Sequence record: OQ025076.1
Strand: one strand, 5' to 3'
From: Escherichia phage vB_EcoP_YF01
DNA length: 64,000 nt
This document shows, one piece after another, positions 1-9,965 of the stretch (positions within the stretch are counted from its first letter, which is position 1; each line of letters starts with the position of its first letter). The position numbers were made by a program, and so were the translations under genes. Under the pieces are notes generated by a model. That model saw only the letters and a program-made list of their open reading frames with translations, had not been told where the DNA came from and did not search any database.

Positions 1-36
1 AGCCTTTCTCTCACTCTCTAAAGGGGTACTAAATAA

Positions 37-99
37 ACGGGTAGCTAATGAATAGGATGGTATACACGGGGAAAGAATAACGGGGAGTAGGCACGGGGA
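37..99. repeat. Iterated ACGGGGA-type heptamer in the non-coding leader (exact copies at 66-72, 80-86, 93-99; degenerate ACGGGTA at 37-43)
   Basis: Read directly from the sequence; copies spaced 13-14 bp in a region with no convincing ORF, upstream of the packaging genes. Confidence 0.5.
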
Positions 100-252
100 A
101 ACGCTGGAACGTGGGAGGAGGTGTAAAGGCATTGCCAATAACCCTTTTTTAAATGAGGACTCCCCCTTTTTAGGAAACGCGCGGCGAGCGGCTAGCCCCA
201 CTCGGTCAAATCAGAATTTTAAACTCTTATATATAAGGTTGAAAGAGAACTT

Positions 253-417
253 ATGTGGAAAATTAAGTTAATCATTAAGCAATTCAAATGTGATCATGAG
301 TACTATCGGATACGCAAAGCTTACGGGGATGAAAGAGTTCACACCCTTTATAAATCCACTTGGAGATGTAGTAAATGTGGTAAGCTTAAACATAGCACAT
401 GGATGGACAGACCTTAA
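253..417 (+). CDS. Small hypothetical protein (54 aa) with Cys/His pairs, possible zinc ribbon
   Basis: Own translation: MWKIKLIIKQFKCDHEYY...WRCSKCGK; same strand as neighbours; below the ORF-track size cutoff; weak RBS. Confidence 0.25.
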   Translation: MWKIKLIIKQFKCDHEYYRIRKAYGDERVHTLYKSTWRCSKCGKLKHSTWMDRP

Positions 418-554
418 CGTGACATGACCTTTATGACTAAGCCTTAACATGAAGTCCCCTTTACATCAGCGATCACGGGTTGTTGGTATGAGGTGGCCTT
501 TACGGGTAGGTCTTATGATGTGCCCTTTATACTCTTATTCAGAGGAGAAGAATT

Positions 555-809
555 ATGAATTTAGTATTAGACTTTTTATCAGAGATGGTGCCTCGGTTCA
601 GAACGGAGACATACGCTTTCGTAGTCAACAGTGACTCTGAAGATGGGATGGAAGCTACGTGCTTAGGTCGTCTTGTTGACTTGGATGATGAAACAGATTT
701 CGATATTACAATTGATGTGAGTAGCTTAGGTTGGCTCTTCTTCAGAGCATTCCGCACTTACAAAGTAGAAACATACAAAGATTACAGTAAGGGAGAGACA
801 GATGAATAA
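555..809 (+). CDS. Hypothetical acidic protein
   Basis: ATG preceded by GGAGAAG RBS; overlaps start of the next gene by 8 nt. Confidence 0.4.
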   Translation: MNLVLDFLSEMVPRFRTETYAFVVNSDSEDGMEATCLGRLVDLDDETDFDITIDVSSLGWLFFRAFRTYKVETYKDYSKGETDE

Positions 810-1434
810 TCAAATAATCGCACGTAACATGGAAGGTGTTTATGGAGGTAGTTTCCCTTCTGGTTCTCCTTTCCACATCAAAGCGATGGACCTTAACGAG
901 TATAATTCACAGCTATGTCGCTCTGGTTGTAGCTTACAACATTTAGAGACTATGGGAAACATCTCAGGATTGGCTGTACAAGATTTATATAGTGGAAGTA
1001 TTCTTAAACCAAATATTACGGAGAACAAAAACATGTTAGATTTGATTCATACTACTCGCCCTAACTCTAAAACTAAAACACAACCATCTACTCTGGAAGT
1101 AGTTGAATACGAATCTACTAAACATGATCACCTCCCTGACTATGCTCGTGCAATGATTGAGATGATTGAAGAAGCTGAATATGAAATGCTCCATGATTAC
1201 ATTACCTCCAAAGATGAATGGCATCGTGATGTTCGAATCGAAGAGGATGGTACAGAAACAATTACGTGGATTCACAAGAGTGAGCTAGTAGACGACGCAC
1301 TGCGAGACTACGAAAAATTTTTGGTCGACGGCTCTATTCTTTTAGAGGAAGAGAAGGGTGCAGAACTTCCGTGGGAAGGTGAGACGATTGCTCTAGGTAA
1401 GATGTTTAACCTGTCCGTTGGTGATTGTAAGTAA
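802..1434 (+). CDS. Hypothetical protein
   Basis: 210 aa ORF with AAGGGAGAG RBS, followed by a terminator hairpin. Confidence 0.5.
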   Translation: MNNQIIARNMEGVYGGSFPSGSPFHIKAMDLNEYNSQLCRSGCSLQHLETMGNISGLAVQDLYSGSILKPNITENKNMLDLIHTTRPNSKTKTQPSTLEVVEYESTKHDHLPDYARAMIEMIEEAEYEMLHDYITSKDEWHRDVRIEEDGTETITWIHKSELVDDALRDYEKFLVDGSILLEEEKGAELPWEGETIALGKMFNLSVGDCK

Positions 1435-1439
1435 TATTT

Positions 1440-1462
1440 GCCTCCGTTGGGAGGCTTTTTGT
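1440..1462 (+). terminator. Rho-independent terminator (GCCTCC-GTTG-GGAGGC then T-rich tract)
   Basis: Perfect 6-bp stem with tetraloop followed by CTTTTTGTG. Confidence 0.5.
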
Positions 1463-1490
1463 GTTGTTGATAATGTAGAAGGAGTATAAA

Positions 1491-1964
1491 ATGTTTGGAG
1501 AAAACGGAGAACTCACGCCTGCACAGGTAGCTGAGATTACAGGAAGATTACCCGGAGTAACGGAAGAACTTGAAGGCCGTGGTATGAACCCAAGCAATGG
1601 GAAGTTTCAAAAGGGAAATAAATTCGGACGACCCAGAGGTAGTAGAGGTAAACTGACACAATTAATGTTGGACCGTGTTGCTGCAAGTCATTTGTCTCCT
1701 GATGAAGTGTTAATTCAAATTTACGAAGATCCTAATATTCCACCTGATCTTAGATTCAAGGCTGCATCAAAAGTTGCAGATCTGGTATATCCTAAGGCGG
1801 CCTCTGTTGAAGTTAAGATTGAGGAAGAGAATGTAATCAACGAAGAATCATTGAATGCACAAATCAAGGACTTCTTGACTGGAGCGCTTGGTATCGACGT
1901 TATGCCTCCAGAAGAAGACAACTCTGAGGACGCTGAAAAGGGGGAGGAAGCGGACGAGAGTTAA
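1491..1964 (+). CDS. Putative terminase small subunit
   Basis: Sits immediately upstream of the large terminase; basic glycine-rich motif KGNKFGRPRGSRGK typical of small terminase DNA-binding proteins; acidic C-terminus. Confidence 0.45.
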   Translation: MFGENGELTPAQVAEITGRLPGVTEELEGRGMNPSNGKFQKGNKFGRPRGSRGKLTQLMLDRVAASHLSPDEVLIQIYEDPNIPPDLRFKAASKVADLVYPKAASVEVKIEEENVINEESLNAQIKDFLTGALGIDVMPPEEDNSEDAEKGEEADES

Positions 1965-2033
1965 GTAAAGGAAAGAAGGGGAGGTTCTTTGACGAAGGGA
2001 CTTTCCCTTTTCTATTTTTAAACTGGAGGAAGT

Positions 2034-3575
2034 ATGTCATTAGATAAGCAAATTTATGAAGCTCTAACTGGTAACAACCTTAGTGTAGACGAAAAGAAAG
2101 CACTATTGAATATGTTGAAAGAGCGTGACCAATGGAGGAAGTATAATAGGATTTTGTCTTTCAAGGCGTATGACTTCCAAAAGAAATTTTATGCAGCAGG
2201 ATTGAAGCATCGCTTTAGATTCTTGTGTGCAGCGAACCGTGTTGGTAAATCTTATAGCGAGGCATACGAGTTTGCTTGTCATGTCACAGGTCGCTACCCA
2301 ACTTGGTGGACAGGATATAAATTTAAAAGACCTATCTTAGCGTGGGCAGTTGGTATTACAGGGGATTCCACAAGGAAAGTATTGCAAAAGGAATTGTTTG
2401 GTACACCTATCGGAAAGGATACAAATTTATTGGGGACAGGTGTCATTCCTCGTGATGCTATCGTCATCGACACGATAGAACGAGATGGTAACAAACTTCA
2501 AATCGTACAAATCAAACATCAAAATGAAAGAGGAGAGTTTGACGGTTTAAGTACATTAGAATTCCGTTCAACCCAACAGGGTGAACACACATTGATGGGT
2601 GCAACAGTTGACTACATTTGGTTAGACGAAGAAGATCCATACGAGTCTATGGCTATATTCGCACAGTGCGTCACACGTACACTCACAACTAAAGGTCTAG
2701 TTACAATTACAGCTACACCAGAGAACGGTTTAACTGAACTGGTAGATAAATTTATGAAAGGTGAAGGGGATGAGAACACAGGTTCTCTATATTTCCAGAA
2801 TGCTTCTTGGTGGGATGCTCATGCAGACCTAGGTGGACATATCACTGACCAAGATATAAAAGATATGACTGAAGGTATTCCAGCGTGGCAGTTAGAGATG
2901 CGTTCGAAAGGTATGCCATTGTTAGGAAGTGGTTTGATTTATGATGTATCGGATGACACAATTAAATGTGAACCATTCGAAATTCCTGATACGTGGAAAC
3001 GTGTCTGTGCAATTGATATTGGTATCGATCACCCAACTGCTGCTGTTTGGACAGCTTACGATGCAAACACGGATACTATCTATGTTTACGACTCATATAA
3101 AGAAGGTGGCTTTACTCCAGTGTATCATGCTCCAGCTATTAATGGTCGTGGTCAGTGGATTCCTGTCATCCTGCCGCACGATGCGGACAATATTGAGAAA
3201 GGTAGTGGCTCATCTGTTGCTCAATTCTATAAGAATGCAGGAGTTAACGTACAGAGTGAGACCTTCTACAACAAAATTGGAATGGATGGTAAAAAGAACT
3301 TCTTTGTAGAACCCGGAATCACAGATATCCGAGAAAGAATGATGAGTGGACGCTTTAAAATCTTTAACACAGCCGCTAACGCTAAGCTATTCGAAGAGAA
3401 AGCTAGATATCACCGTAAGGTTGGTAAGATTATTAAAGAACATGATGACTTAATGGATGCAATGCGCTATTCAGCGTGCTCTGTTACACATCGTGGTCGC
3501 TCTAAGCATGACGTTAGCTACGGAAGTGCTTCTCTGTATGAGGCAAACGTAAGCAGATGGAATCAGAGTTACTAA
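2034..3575 (+). CDS. terL: Terminase large subunit
   Basis: 513 aa; Walker A-like AANRVGKSY, Walker B-like YIWLDEED, C-terminal nuclease-type region; strong RBS GGAGGAAG. Confidence 0.85.
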   Translation: MSLDKQIYEALTGNNLSVDEKKALLNMLKERDQWRKYNRILSFKAYDFQKKFYAAGLKHRFRFLCAANRVGKSYSEAYEFACHVTGRYPTWWTGYKFKRPILAWAVGITGDSTRKVLQKELFGTPIGKDTNLLGTGVIPRDAIVIDTIERDGNKLQIVQIKHQNERGEFDGLSTLEFRSTQQGEHTLMGATVDYIWLDEEDPYESMAIFAQCVTRTLTTKGLVTITATPENGLTELVDKFMKGEGDENTGSLYFQNASWWDAHADLGGHITDQDIKDMTEGIPAWQLEMRSKGMPLLGSGLIYDVSDDTIKCEPFEIPDTWKRVCAIDIGIDHPTAAVWTAYDANTDTIYVYDSYKEGGFTPVYHAPAINGRGQWIPVILPHDADNIEKGSGSSVAQFYKNAGVNVQSETFYNKIGMDGKKNFFVEPGITDIRERMMSGRFKIFNTAANAKLFEEKARYHRKVGKIIKEHDDLMDAMRYSACSVTHRGRSKHDVSYGSASLYEANVSRWNQSY

Positions 3576-3580
3576 AGTAA

Positions 3581-3610
3581 GGGGGAGGTTTGTCCTCCCT
3601 TCTTTTATTT
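3581..3610 (+). terminator. Hairpin (GGGAGG-TTTGT-CCTCCC) followed by TTCTTTTATTT; possible attenuator
   Basis: Seen in sequence between terminase and portal genes. Confidence 0.4.
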
Positions 3611-3636
3611 AAGCTATCAACCGAGGGAGAGAATCG

Positions 3637-5880
3637 ATGGCTAAGCAAAAATATAGTGAAGAGGTGTTGGACGAGTTACGTGTTGACCTTCAACGTCGTT
3701 TTAATTACGCTCAAGGCTACGTAGACACAGCTGTTAAGGGCTATGCTCGTGAAGCTTGGGAATATTTCTATGGTAACTTACCTGCACCAGTAACTGCTGG
3801 CAGCTCTAGTTGGGTAGACCGTACTGTTTGGGAATCTGTTAACGGTACATTGCAAGATATTATTAACGTATTCTGTTCTGGTGATGAAGCAGTTACTTTC
3901 GTAGCTGACAACCAACAGGATTCTGATGCTGCTGACGTAGCAACTAAATTAGTTAACCAAATTCTTCTGCGTGACAATCCGGGATACAATATCATCTCTT
4001 CTGCTGCACAAGAATGTCTGGTTACTCGTAACTCTTTTATCAAATATTATTGGGATGAACAAACTTCTACTCAAACTGAAGAAGCTGAAGGTGTACCACC
4101 GGAAGCATTGGCTGCATATGTTCAGGGATTAGAAGCTGGTGGACTCAAGAATCTGGAAGTCTTCACTGAAGAAAATGAAGATGGTACAGTTGATGTTAAA
4201 GTTACTTACGAACAAACTGTTAAACGTGTGAAAGTTGAATATGTTCCTTCAGAGCAAATCTTTGTTGATGAACATGCTACCTCTTTTGCAGATGCACAAT
4301 ACTTCTGTCATCGTGTACGTCGTTCTAAAGAAGATCTGGTTGCTATGGGCTTCCCTAAAGATGAGATTGAAGCATTCAACGACTGGACAGACACGATGGA
4401 TACCACTCAATCTACAGTTGCTTGGTCTCGTACCGACTGGCGTCAGGATATTGATGCTGATATTGGTACAGATACCGAAGACATTGCTTCTATGGTTTGG
4501 GTTTATGAGCACTACATCCGTACTGGTGTTCTAGATAAGAATAAAGAGTCTAAACTCTATCAGGTTATTCAAGCTGGTGAGCATATCCTTCACACTGAAG
4601 AAGTAACTCACATTCCGTTTGTAACCTTCTGCCCGTATCCGATTCCGGGTTCCTTCTATGGTCAATCGGTCTATGACATTACGAAAGATATTCAAGATTT
4701 ACGTACCGCGCTAGTTCGTGGTTATATTGATAACGTCAACAATGCTAACTATGGTCGATACAAAGCTCTTGTTGGTGCATACGATCGTCGCTCTCTGCTT
4801 GATAACCGTCCCGGTGGAGTGGTTGAAATGGAACGTCAGGACGCTATTGATCTGTTCCCATACCATAACCTACCTCAAGGTATTGACGGCCTCCTAGGTA
4901 TGTCTGAGGAGCTTAAAGAGACACGTACAGGTGTAACCAAACTTGGTATGGGTATCAACCCTGATGTGTTTAAGAATGATAACGCTTATGCAACTGTAGG
5001 CTTGATGATGAATGCTGCACAGAACCGCCTCCGTATGGTATGTCGTAACATTGCTCACAATGGTATGGTTGAATTGATGCGTGGTATTTACAACCTTATC
5101 AGAGAAAATGGTGAAGTTCCTATCGAGGTACAAACCCCTCGTGGTATGATTCAGGTAAATCCAAAACAATTACCAGCTCGTCACAACCTCCAAGTTGTTG
5201 TAGCTATCTCTCCTAATGAGAAAGCAGAACGTGCACAGAAGCTGATTAGCTTGAAACAGCTGATTGCAGCAGATGCACAGTTAGCACCTCTCTTTGGTTT
5301 GGAGCAAGACCGTTACATGACTGCACAGATCTTTGAGTTGATGGGTATTAAAGATACACATAAATACCTTCTGCCTCTGGAACAGTATCAGCCTCCAGAA
5401 CCTTCTCCGATGGAAATCCTCCAGCTCGAGATGACTAAAGCACAGGTTGAGAACGTACAGGCTTCTTCTCAGAAGATGATTGCTGATGCATTCGACCAGC
5501 GTGAACGTACTACATTCGAACAGCAGAAAGCTGCGGATGAATTAAGTCTGCGTCAGGAAGAGTTGCAGTTCAAGCAAGAAAATGCAGCAGATGCTATGAC
5601 TCTGGAAAACCGTAAAGAAGATAACAATGCAACTCTGGAACAAGCTAAGCACAAGTTAGCTCTTATGCAACAGCAGGTTCGTCAGTATGAGTCTGTACTG
5701 AAAGAATTGCAGATGGTTATGGAGCATCAGGTTGACCAAGAGAAGATTGTTCAGCAAACTCGTGTTCAGGATAAAACTTTGGAACTCCAGAAGAAAGAAG
5801 CAAATGTAACTAAGAAAGAGCAACAAGCTTCTCTCAAAGATTCACGGATTCCAGGCAAACGTCTTGGAAGTAAAAAGTAA
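3637..5880 (+). CDS. Portal protein with Q/E-rich coiled-coil C-terminal extension
   Basis: 747 aa ORF directly after the large terminase; RBS GAGGGAGAG; assignment by position and size. Confidence 0.65.
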   Translation: MAKQKYSEEVLDELRVDLQRRFNYAQGYVDTAVKGYAREAWEYFYGNLPAPVTAGSSSWVDRTVWESVNGTLQDIINVFCSGDEAVTFVADNQQDSDAADVATKLVNQILLRDNPGYNIISSAAQECLVTRNSFIKYYWDEQTSTQTEEAEGVPPEALAAYVQGLEAGGLKNLEVFTEENEDGTVDVKVTYEQTVKRVKVEYVPSEQIFVDEHATSFADAQYFCHRVRRSKEDLVAMGFPKDEIEAFNDWTDTMDTTQSTVAWSRTDWRQDIDADIGTDTEDIASMVWVYEHYIRTGVLDKNKESKLYQVIQAGEHILHTEEVTHIPFVTFCPYPIPGSFYGQSVYDITKDIQDLRTALVRGYIDNVNNANYGRYKALVGAYDRRSLLDNRPGGVVEMERQDAIDLFPYHNLPQGIDGLLGMSEELKETRTGVTKLGMGINPDVFKNDNAYATVGLMMNAAQNRLRMVCRNIAHNGMVELMRGIYNLIRENGEVPIEVQTPRGMIQVNPKQLPARHNLQVVVAISPNEKAERAQKLISLKQLIAADAQLAPLFGLEQDRYMTAQIFELMGIKDTHKYLLPLEQYQPPEPSPMEILQLEMTKAQVENVQASSQKMIADAFDQRERTTFEQQKAADELSLRQEELQFKQENAADAMTLENRKEDNNATLEQAKHKLALMQQQVRQYESVLKELQMVMEHQVDQEKIVQQTRVQDKTLELQKKEANVTKKEQQASLKDSRIPGKRLGSKK

Positions 5881-5889
5881 GGACGTCGA

Positions 5890-6126
5890 ATGAACATTAG
5901 GCATCAATTCAATAAAGAGCACGCCGCCGCTTTGGCGGCTCTCAATCTTAACGGCAGTCTTGACGCAGCATTAGAGGCATTGAAAGAAAGACTCATGACA
6001 GAGATAGTTCAAACTGAACCTCATGAGAATAAGAAACGCGAAGATTGTTATCAAAAGTATAAAATGGTGGGTAGCTTAAAAGAGGTCATAAAAGCTGCTA
6101 TCAATAGTGCAGGAGATGTTTCATAA
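5890..6126 (+). CDS. Hypothetical small protein
   Basis: 78 aa; ATGA overlap with the following gene suggests translational coupling. Confidence 0.4.
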   Translation: MNIRHQFNKEHAAALAALNLNGSLDAALEALKERLMTEIVQTEPHENKKREDCYQKYKMVGSLKEVIKAAINSAGDVS

Positions 6127-7211
6127 TGCCACAAGATAATTATATTGACCCGAACGATTTTAAATCTTTCCTCCAACTGGATGACCTGAAAGGTTCTTTC
6201 AAAGAAGAACTTGGTCGATTAGAATCTGAACAAGAGCCAGAAGTGGACATTGACGATGAGTTCCCGGAAAAAGACGGTGACGATTTCGACTTTGATACCG
6301 ACCTTCTTGGTGAAAGCGATGAGCTTAAGTTCGAAGATGAAGATGGTTGGGAAGATCATGATGAGGAAGGCGAAGTCGAAGAAGATGGGGATGACTCTGA
6401 TGAAGGTGATGAAAACACTGAAGCAGAAGAGGAAGACTCAAGCGATGCAGGATATGAAGATGATTCTGCTGACGGTGAAGGTGAAGTCTTTGATGTAGAC
6501 TACGAAACCGTTATCACCCTTCCTGATGGACGTGAGATGACTATTGAAGAACTCTCCAATGGATATCTTACTGGTGCTGACATGACTGAACGAGAATCAA
6601 CTCTTCAGCGTCACATGGAAGCATTTGAGGAACGTGTAGTAGGTTTGAAGGATGTATTAGAACTAGCGTCTTTAGAAGCAGACCGAGTAATTGAAGATTA
6701 CAATGGTTTTGATTGGGACAAGCTTGCAGTAGAAGATCCTCAAGCATATGTTGAAAACAAACGTTTCCTAGAGAAGTACACAGCTCGTCGTAACCAGCTT
6801 GAACAGGCTCAGGTCCGTATTAAGCAGGAAGCAGCAGCTAAAGAGCAGGAAGCTTTCCAAGCCAAGAGTGTTGAGTGCGTTAATATTCTGAAACGTGAGA
6901 TTCCAAATTGGGATGAAAACTTATATCAAAACTTAATGCAATATGCAATTGACTTAGGTGCTACTGAAGAAGAAGTATTGAAGGAAAACCGTCCGTCTAT
7001 TTTCCTAGCTCTCCATAAAGCATACCAATTTGATAAAGGTAAGCAGCAGGTGATGGCTAAGATTAAACGTCCCGGTGCTCCACGCAAGGTTGTGAAGTCT
7101 GATGCTGCAAAGTCTCGTACTTCCAATAAGCCAGACAACGCTAAGGTTGCCAAGGCATTCGCAGAGGGTCGCGTTAGTCACGAAGACGCATTCAAATTCC
7201 TCGTAGATTAA
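6126..7211 (+). CDS. Putative scaffolding protein
   Basis: Highly acidic D/E-rich N-terminal half and helical charged C-terminal half; lies between portal and major capsid genes. Confidence 0.5.
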   Translation: MPQDNYIDPNDFKSFLQLDDLKGSFKEELGRLESEQEPEVDIDDEFPEKDGDDFDFDTDLLGESDELKFEDEDGWEDHDEEGEVEEDGDDSDEGDENTEAEEEDSSDAGYEDDSADGEGEVFDVDYETVITLPDGREMTIEELSNGYLTGADMTERESTLQRHMEAFEERVVGLKDVLELASLEADRVIEDYNGFDWDKLAVEDPQAYVENKRFLEKYTARRNQLEQAQVRIKQEAAAKEQEAFQAKSVECVNILKREIPNWDENLYQNLMQYAIDLGATEEEVLKENRPSIFLALHKAYQFDKGKQQVMAKIKRPGAPRKVVKSDAAKSRTSNKPDNAKVAKAFAEGRVSHEDAFKFLVD

Positions 7212-7252
7212 TCGACAAATTAATTATTTAATAGTATAGGAGCTAACATAAC

Positions 7253-8314
7253 ATGGCTAATCCAACTTTATTTGTATCGTATGACCAGAATGGTAAAAAA
7301 CTTTCTTTTGCTAACTGGATTTCTGTTCTGTCCCCTCAGGATACTCCGTTCGTATCTATGACCGGTAAAGAGTCTATCAACCAGACTATCTTTAGCTGGC
7401 AGACCGATGCATTGGCAAGCGTTGACGCTAATAACGCACACGTTGAAGGTTCTCGTGCGGTTGATGGTGAAATGCAACCTACCGTAATCAAATCCAACGT
7501 TACTCAGATTCTGCGTAAGGTTGTTAAAGTTTCTGATACCGCTAACACCACCGCTAACTACGGTCGTGGTCGTGAACTGATGTATCAGCTGGAGAAGAAA
7601 GGTAAAGAGATCAAGCGTGACCTCGAGAAAATCCTTCTGTCCGGTCAGGCTCGTACCGACGTTCTGGCTGACCAATACCTGACTAACTCTGCAACTGATC
7701 CTGCAACTGTTGGTCTGAATGACGGTCATGCAGCTCGTAAGACTGGTGCATTCCAGTTCCTGTGTGCTCACGGCGGTCTGGATGGTGCTGTTGTTGACAA
7801 GACCAAGAACGGTCCTGCTGACCCGGATACTGGTGCAGTAACTGTTAAAGTTGCACAGAACGCTTCTAACCCGACCACTAACATTGGTTTTGACGAAGCT
7901 GATATCTTTGATATGACTCTGCAACTGTACACCGCTGGTTCTGAAGCAGATATCATCATGATTAACCCGGCTCATGCTAAGATCTTCGCTGGCCTGCAAG
8001 AAAACACTCAGGGTTCACGTAAGCGTATCTTTGAGAACACCAAGCAGTTCATCTACGAAGTTAACAGCATCACTGACCCGCTGGGCCAGAGCTACAAAAT
8101 CATCGTTAACCGTTGGATGCCTACCGATGCAGTTTACTTCTTCCGTAGCGCTGACTGGACCCAGATGGTTCTGCGTGCTCCGAAACGTACTGAACTGGCA
8201 AAAGATGGTTCTTACGAGAAGTGGATGATTGAAATGGAAGTTGGTCTGCGTCACCGCAACCCGTATGCTTCCGGCGTTCTGTTCACTGCTGCGGGAAAGG
8301 TAGCGGCGGCGTAA
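7253..8314 (+). CDS. Major capsid protein
   Basis: 353 aa, in the canonical position after the scaffold; strong RBS; ends 13 nt after a slippery heptamer. Confidence 0.65.
   Translation: MANPTLFVSYDQNGKKLSFANWISVLSPQDTPFVSMTGKESINQTIFSWQTDALASVDANNAHVEGSRAVDGEMQPTVIKSNVTQILRKVVKVSDTANTTANYGRGRELMYQLEKKGKEIKRDLEKILLSGQARTDVLADQYLTNSATDPATVGLNDGHAARKTGAFQFLCAHGGLDGAVVDKTKNGPADPDTGAVTVKVAQNASNPTTNIGFDEADIFDMTLQLYTAGSEADIIMINPAHAKIFAGLQENTQGSRKRIFENTKQFIYEVNSITDPLGQSYKIIVNRWMPTDAVYFFRSADWTQMVLRAPKRTELAKDGSYEKWMIEMEVGLRHRNPYASGVLFTAAGKVAAA
8293..8299 (+). other. Candidate -1 programmed ribosomal frameshift site G_GGA_AAG at the 3' end of the capsid gene
   Basis: Heptamer lies in the capsid zero frame (codons GGA AAG); the -1 frame is open from 8233 through 9930 and encodes Ig-like domains; a 6-bp hairpin (AACAGT...ACTGTT) lies at 8312-8334. 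Confidence 0.45.
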
Positions 8315-8346
8315 CAGTAGATACCGTAACTGTTAGTCCTTCGTCA

Positions 8347-9930
8347 GTGGCAAGTCTTCTGACGGGGGCTACTCAGCAGTTTACAGCTACAGCAGAAATG
8401 AGTGATGGCTCCACTAGCACAACTGGATTTAGTTGGTCCGTTGAAGGTGGTGGGGCCGTTTCTGTTTCTGGGCTATATACTGCACCGAGTACGTCGCAAG
8501 AAACCCCAGCAACAATTACGGCAACCAAAGGCGGTAAGAAAGGTACTGCTACTATCGTTAAGGTTATTGACCCAGCAATGATTGCATCAAAAGGTCCAAT
8601 CACAGGAAAGATTGGTGGTAACACTACGGAATTTACTACAATGTTTACAGCAACCCACTCAACCTACAGTGATTATAATTTTGCAGTGACTCCTACTTCA
8701 GCTGGTACAGTTAATGGGTCAGGTGTATTTGTATTAGACAATAATGCATCAGGCACAGTAACAGTAAAAGCTACCCATAAAACACAGACTTCTGTCACGG
8801 CTACGACCTCTTTCACAGGAGTTGTTGCTAAGGCTAGTATCCAGTCTAAAGGTCCAGTAACTACTGCTCTAGTTGGTGGAGATGCAGTGGCATTTACTAC
8901 AATGTTTACTCCGACTAATTCAACAGCCAGTGATTATACTGTTACTATTGACCCGACAGCTAATGGGACTTACAGCAGTGGTTCTGTGACACTCTCTGCT
9001 AGTGCATCAGGAAGTACTGTAGTGACAGCTACTCATAAAACTCAACCGGGTGTGGTAGAAACTTGTACCCTTTCTAATATCACTCCTAAGGCAACACTGA
9101 CTGGTAAAACAGTTACTGGTAAAATGGGAGAAGATACGGTAACGTTTGCTGAGATGTTCACTAGTAACAAACCAGCTTCTGAGTTTAGTTATGTTGTAAC
9201 TCCTAGCACTAACGCATCTGTGAACGTTAACACTGGACTTCTCACTCTGACTAACAACGCTAGCGGTAACTATGCAGTTAAAGCAACCCATAAGGTTCAA
9301 ACTTCTGTCACAGCAACAGCTAACGTCAATGGTGTAGTCCCTAAGCCTGATATCAGGGCTAGTGAACTACCACCTCAGGTGGGCGGTTCTCAGTTGAATT
9401 TCGGTGTTATGTTCCTCTTTGGTAACTCTTCTCCTAGCGATTACACTGTCACAATTACTCCAGCAGAAGCAGGTACTGTTGACCCAACTGATGGTGATGT
9501 GACACTTGCTCTTGATCCGGGCGACGAGTTGATTTCAGTTAAAGCTGTTCATAAAACTATCCCTTCTGTTCAAGCAACCTGTAGTTTCACCGCTACTCCT
9601 AAGCTGTTAGGATTGGTAGCATCACAGGTAACTAATACAGTGGTTGTAGGTGATCCAGAAAACCCACTTGCTACTGATACCATCACAATTACTGACTCCG
9701 CTCAACCGGGTGTAGTTCGTTTTGACAGCGTACCTCAGGGTGCTATTGTTGGCAAACTGGTGTATGACGTAGAAGGTACTGATGCAAGTTTGATGGAATT
9801 GTCTCTTTCTGGTCAGGTATTGACAATCACCTTGTCAGCTCCTATTACCAGTGAAGATACTAAAGTCACAGTTAGAACTGACCCAGGTTCTAATGTGTTC
9901 CGTACTTATATTGTTAAATCTGGTGCATAA
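8347..9930 (+). CDS. Multi-repeat Ig-like (Big_2-type) protein, probably a capsid-fused decoration
   Basis: About six repeats ending in ...ATHKTQTSVTAT-like strands; ORF-track start is GTG with no RBS; the first Ig-like strand (VDTVTVSPSSVASLL) is encoded upstream of that GTG in the same frame. Confidence 0.7.
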   Translation: MASLLTGATQQFTATAEMSDGSTSTTGFSWSVEGGGAVSVSGLYTAPSTSQETPATITATKGGKKGTATIVKVIDPAMIASKGPITGKIGGNTTEFTTMFTATHSTYSDYNFAVTPTSAGTVNGSGVFVLDNNASGTVTVKATHKTQTSVTATTSFTGVVAKASIQSKGPVTTALVGGDAVAFTTMFTPTNSTASDYTVTIDPTANGTYSSGSVTLSASASGSTVVTATHKTQPGVVETCTLSNITPKATLTGKTVTGKMGEDTVTFAEMFTSNKPASEFSYVVTPSTNASVNVNTGLLTLTNNASGNYAVKATHKVQTSVTATANVNGVVPKPDIRASELPPQVGGSQLNFGVMFLFGNSSPSDYTVTITPAEAGTVDPTDGDVTLALDPGDELISVKAVHKTIPSVQATCSFTATPKLLGLVASQVTNTVVVGDPENPLATDTITITDSAQPGVVRFDSVPQGAIVGKLVYDVEGTDASLMELSLSGQVLTITLSAPITSEDTKVTVRTDPGSNVFRTYIVKSGA

Positions 9931-9936
9931 GAATAA

Positions 9937-9965
9937 AGCCGCCTTCGGGTGGCTTTTCTTGTTTT
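9937..9965 (+). terminator. Rho-independent terminator (AGCCGCC-TTCG-GGTGGCT then T-tract)
   Basis: 7-bp stem with one G-U pair, UUCG loop, then TTTCTTGTTTT. Confidence 0.55.

Noticed and set aside
268-450. Minus-strand 60-aa ORF in the leader region
   Set aside because: No RBS, opposite to all neighbouring genes, and overlaps a plus-strand small ORF with a more protein-like translation.
449-757. Overlapping ORFs 449..634 (+) and 539..757 (-)
   Set aside because: Both overlap the better-supported ORF 555..809, which has a proper RBS; their translations are Arg/Ser-rich and low-complexity.
1471-1479. TAATGTAGA upstream of the small terminase gene as a promoter
   Set aside because: One mismatch and only 12 nt from the start codon, unlike the 34-60 nt spacing of the exact copies; left as a near-match only.
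2941-3309. Plus-strand 122-aa ORF inside the large terminase gene in another frame
   Set aside because: Entirely nested within a confidently assigned gene; hydrophobic, low-complexity translation.
7268-8254. Antisense ORFs across the capsid gene (7268..7999, 7768..7959, 8015..8254) and ORF 7974..8228
   Set aside because: Nested within or antisense to the capsid gene with no RBS; typical ORF-finder artefacts.
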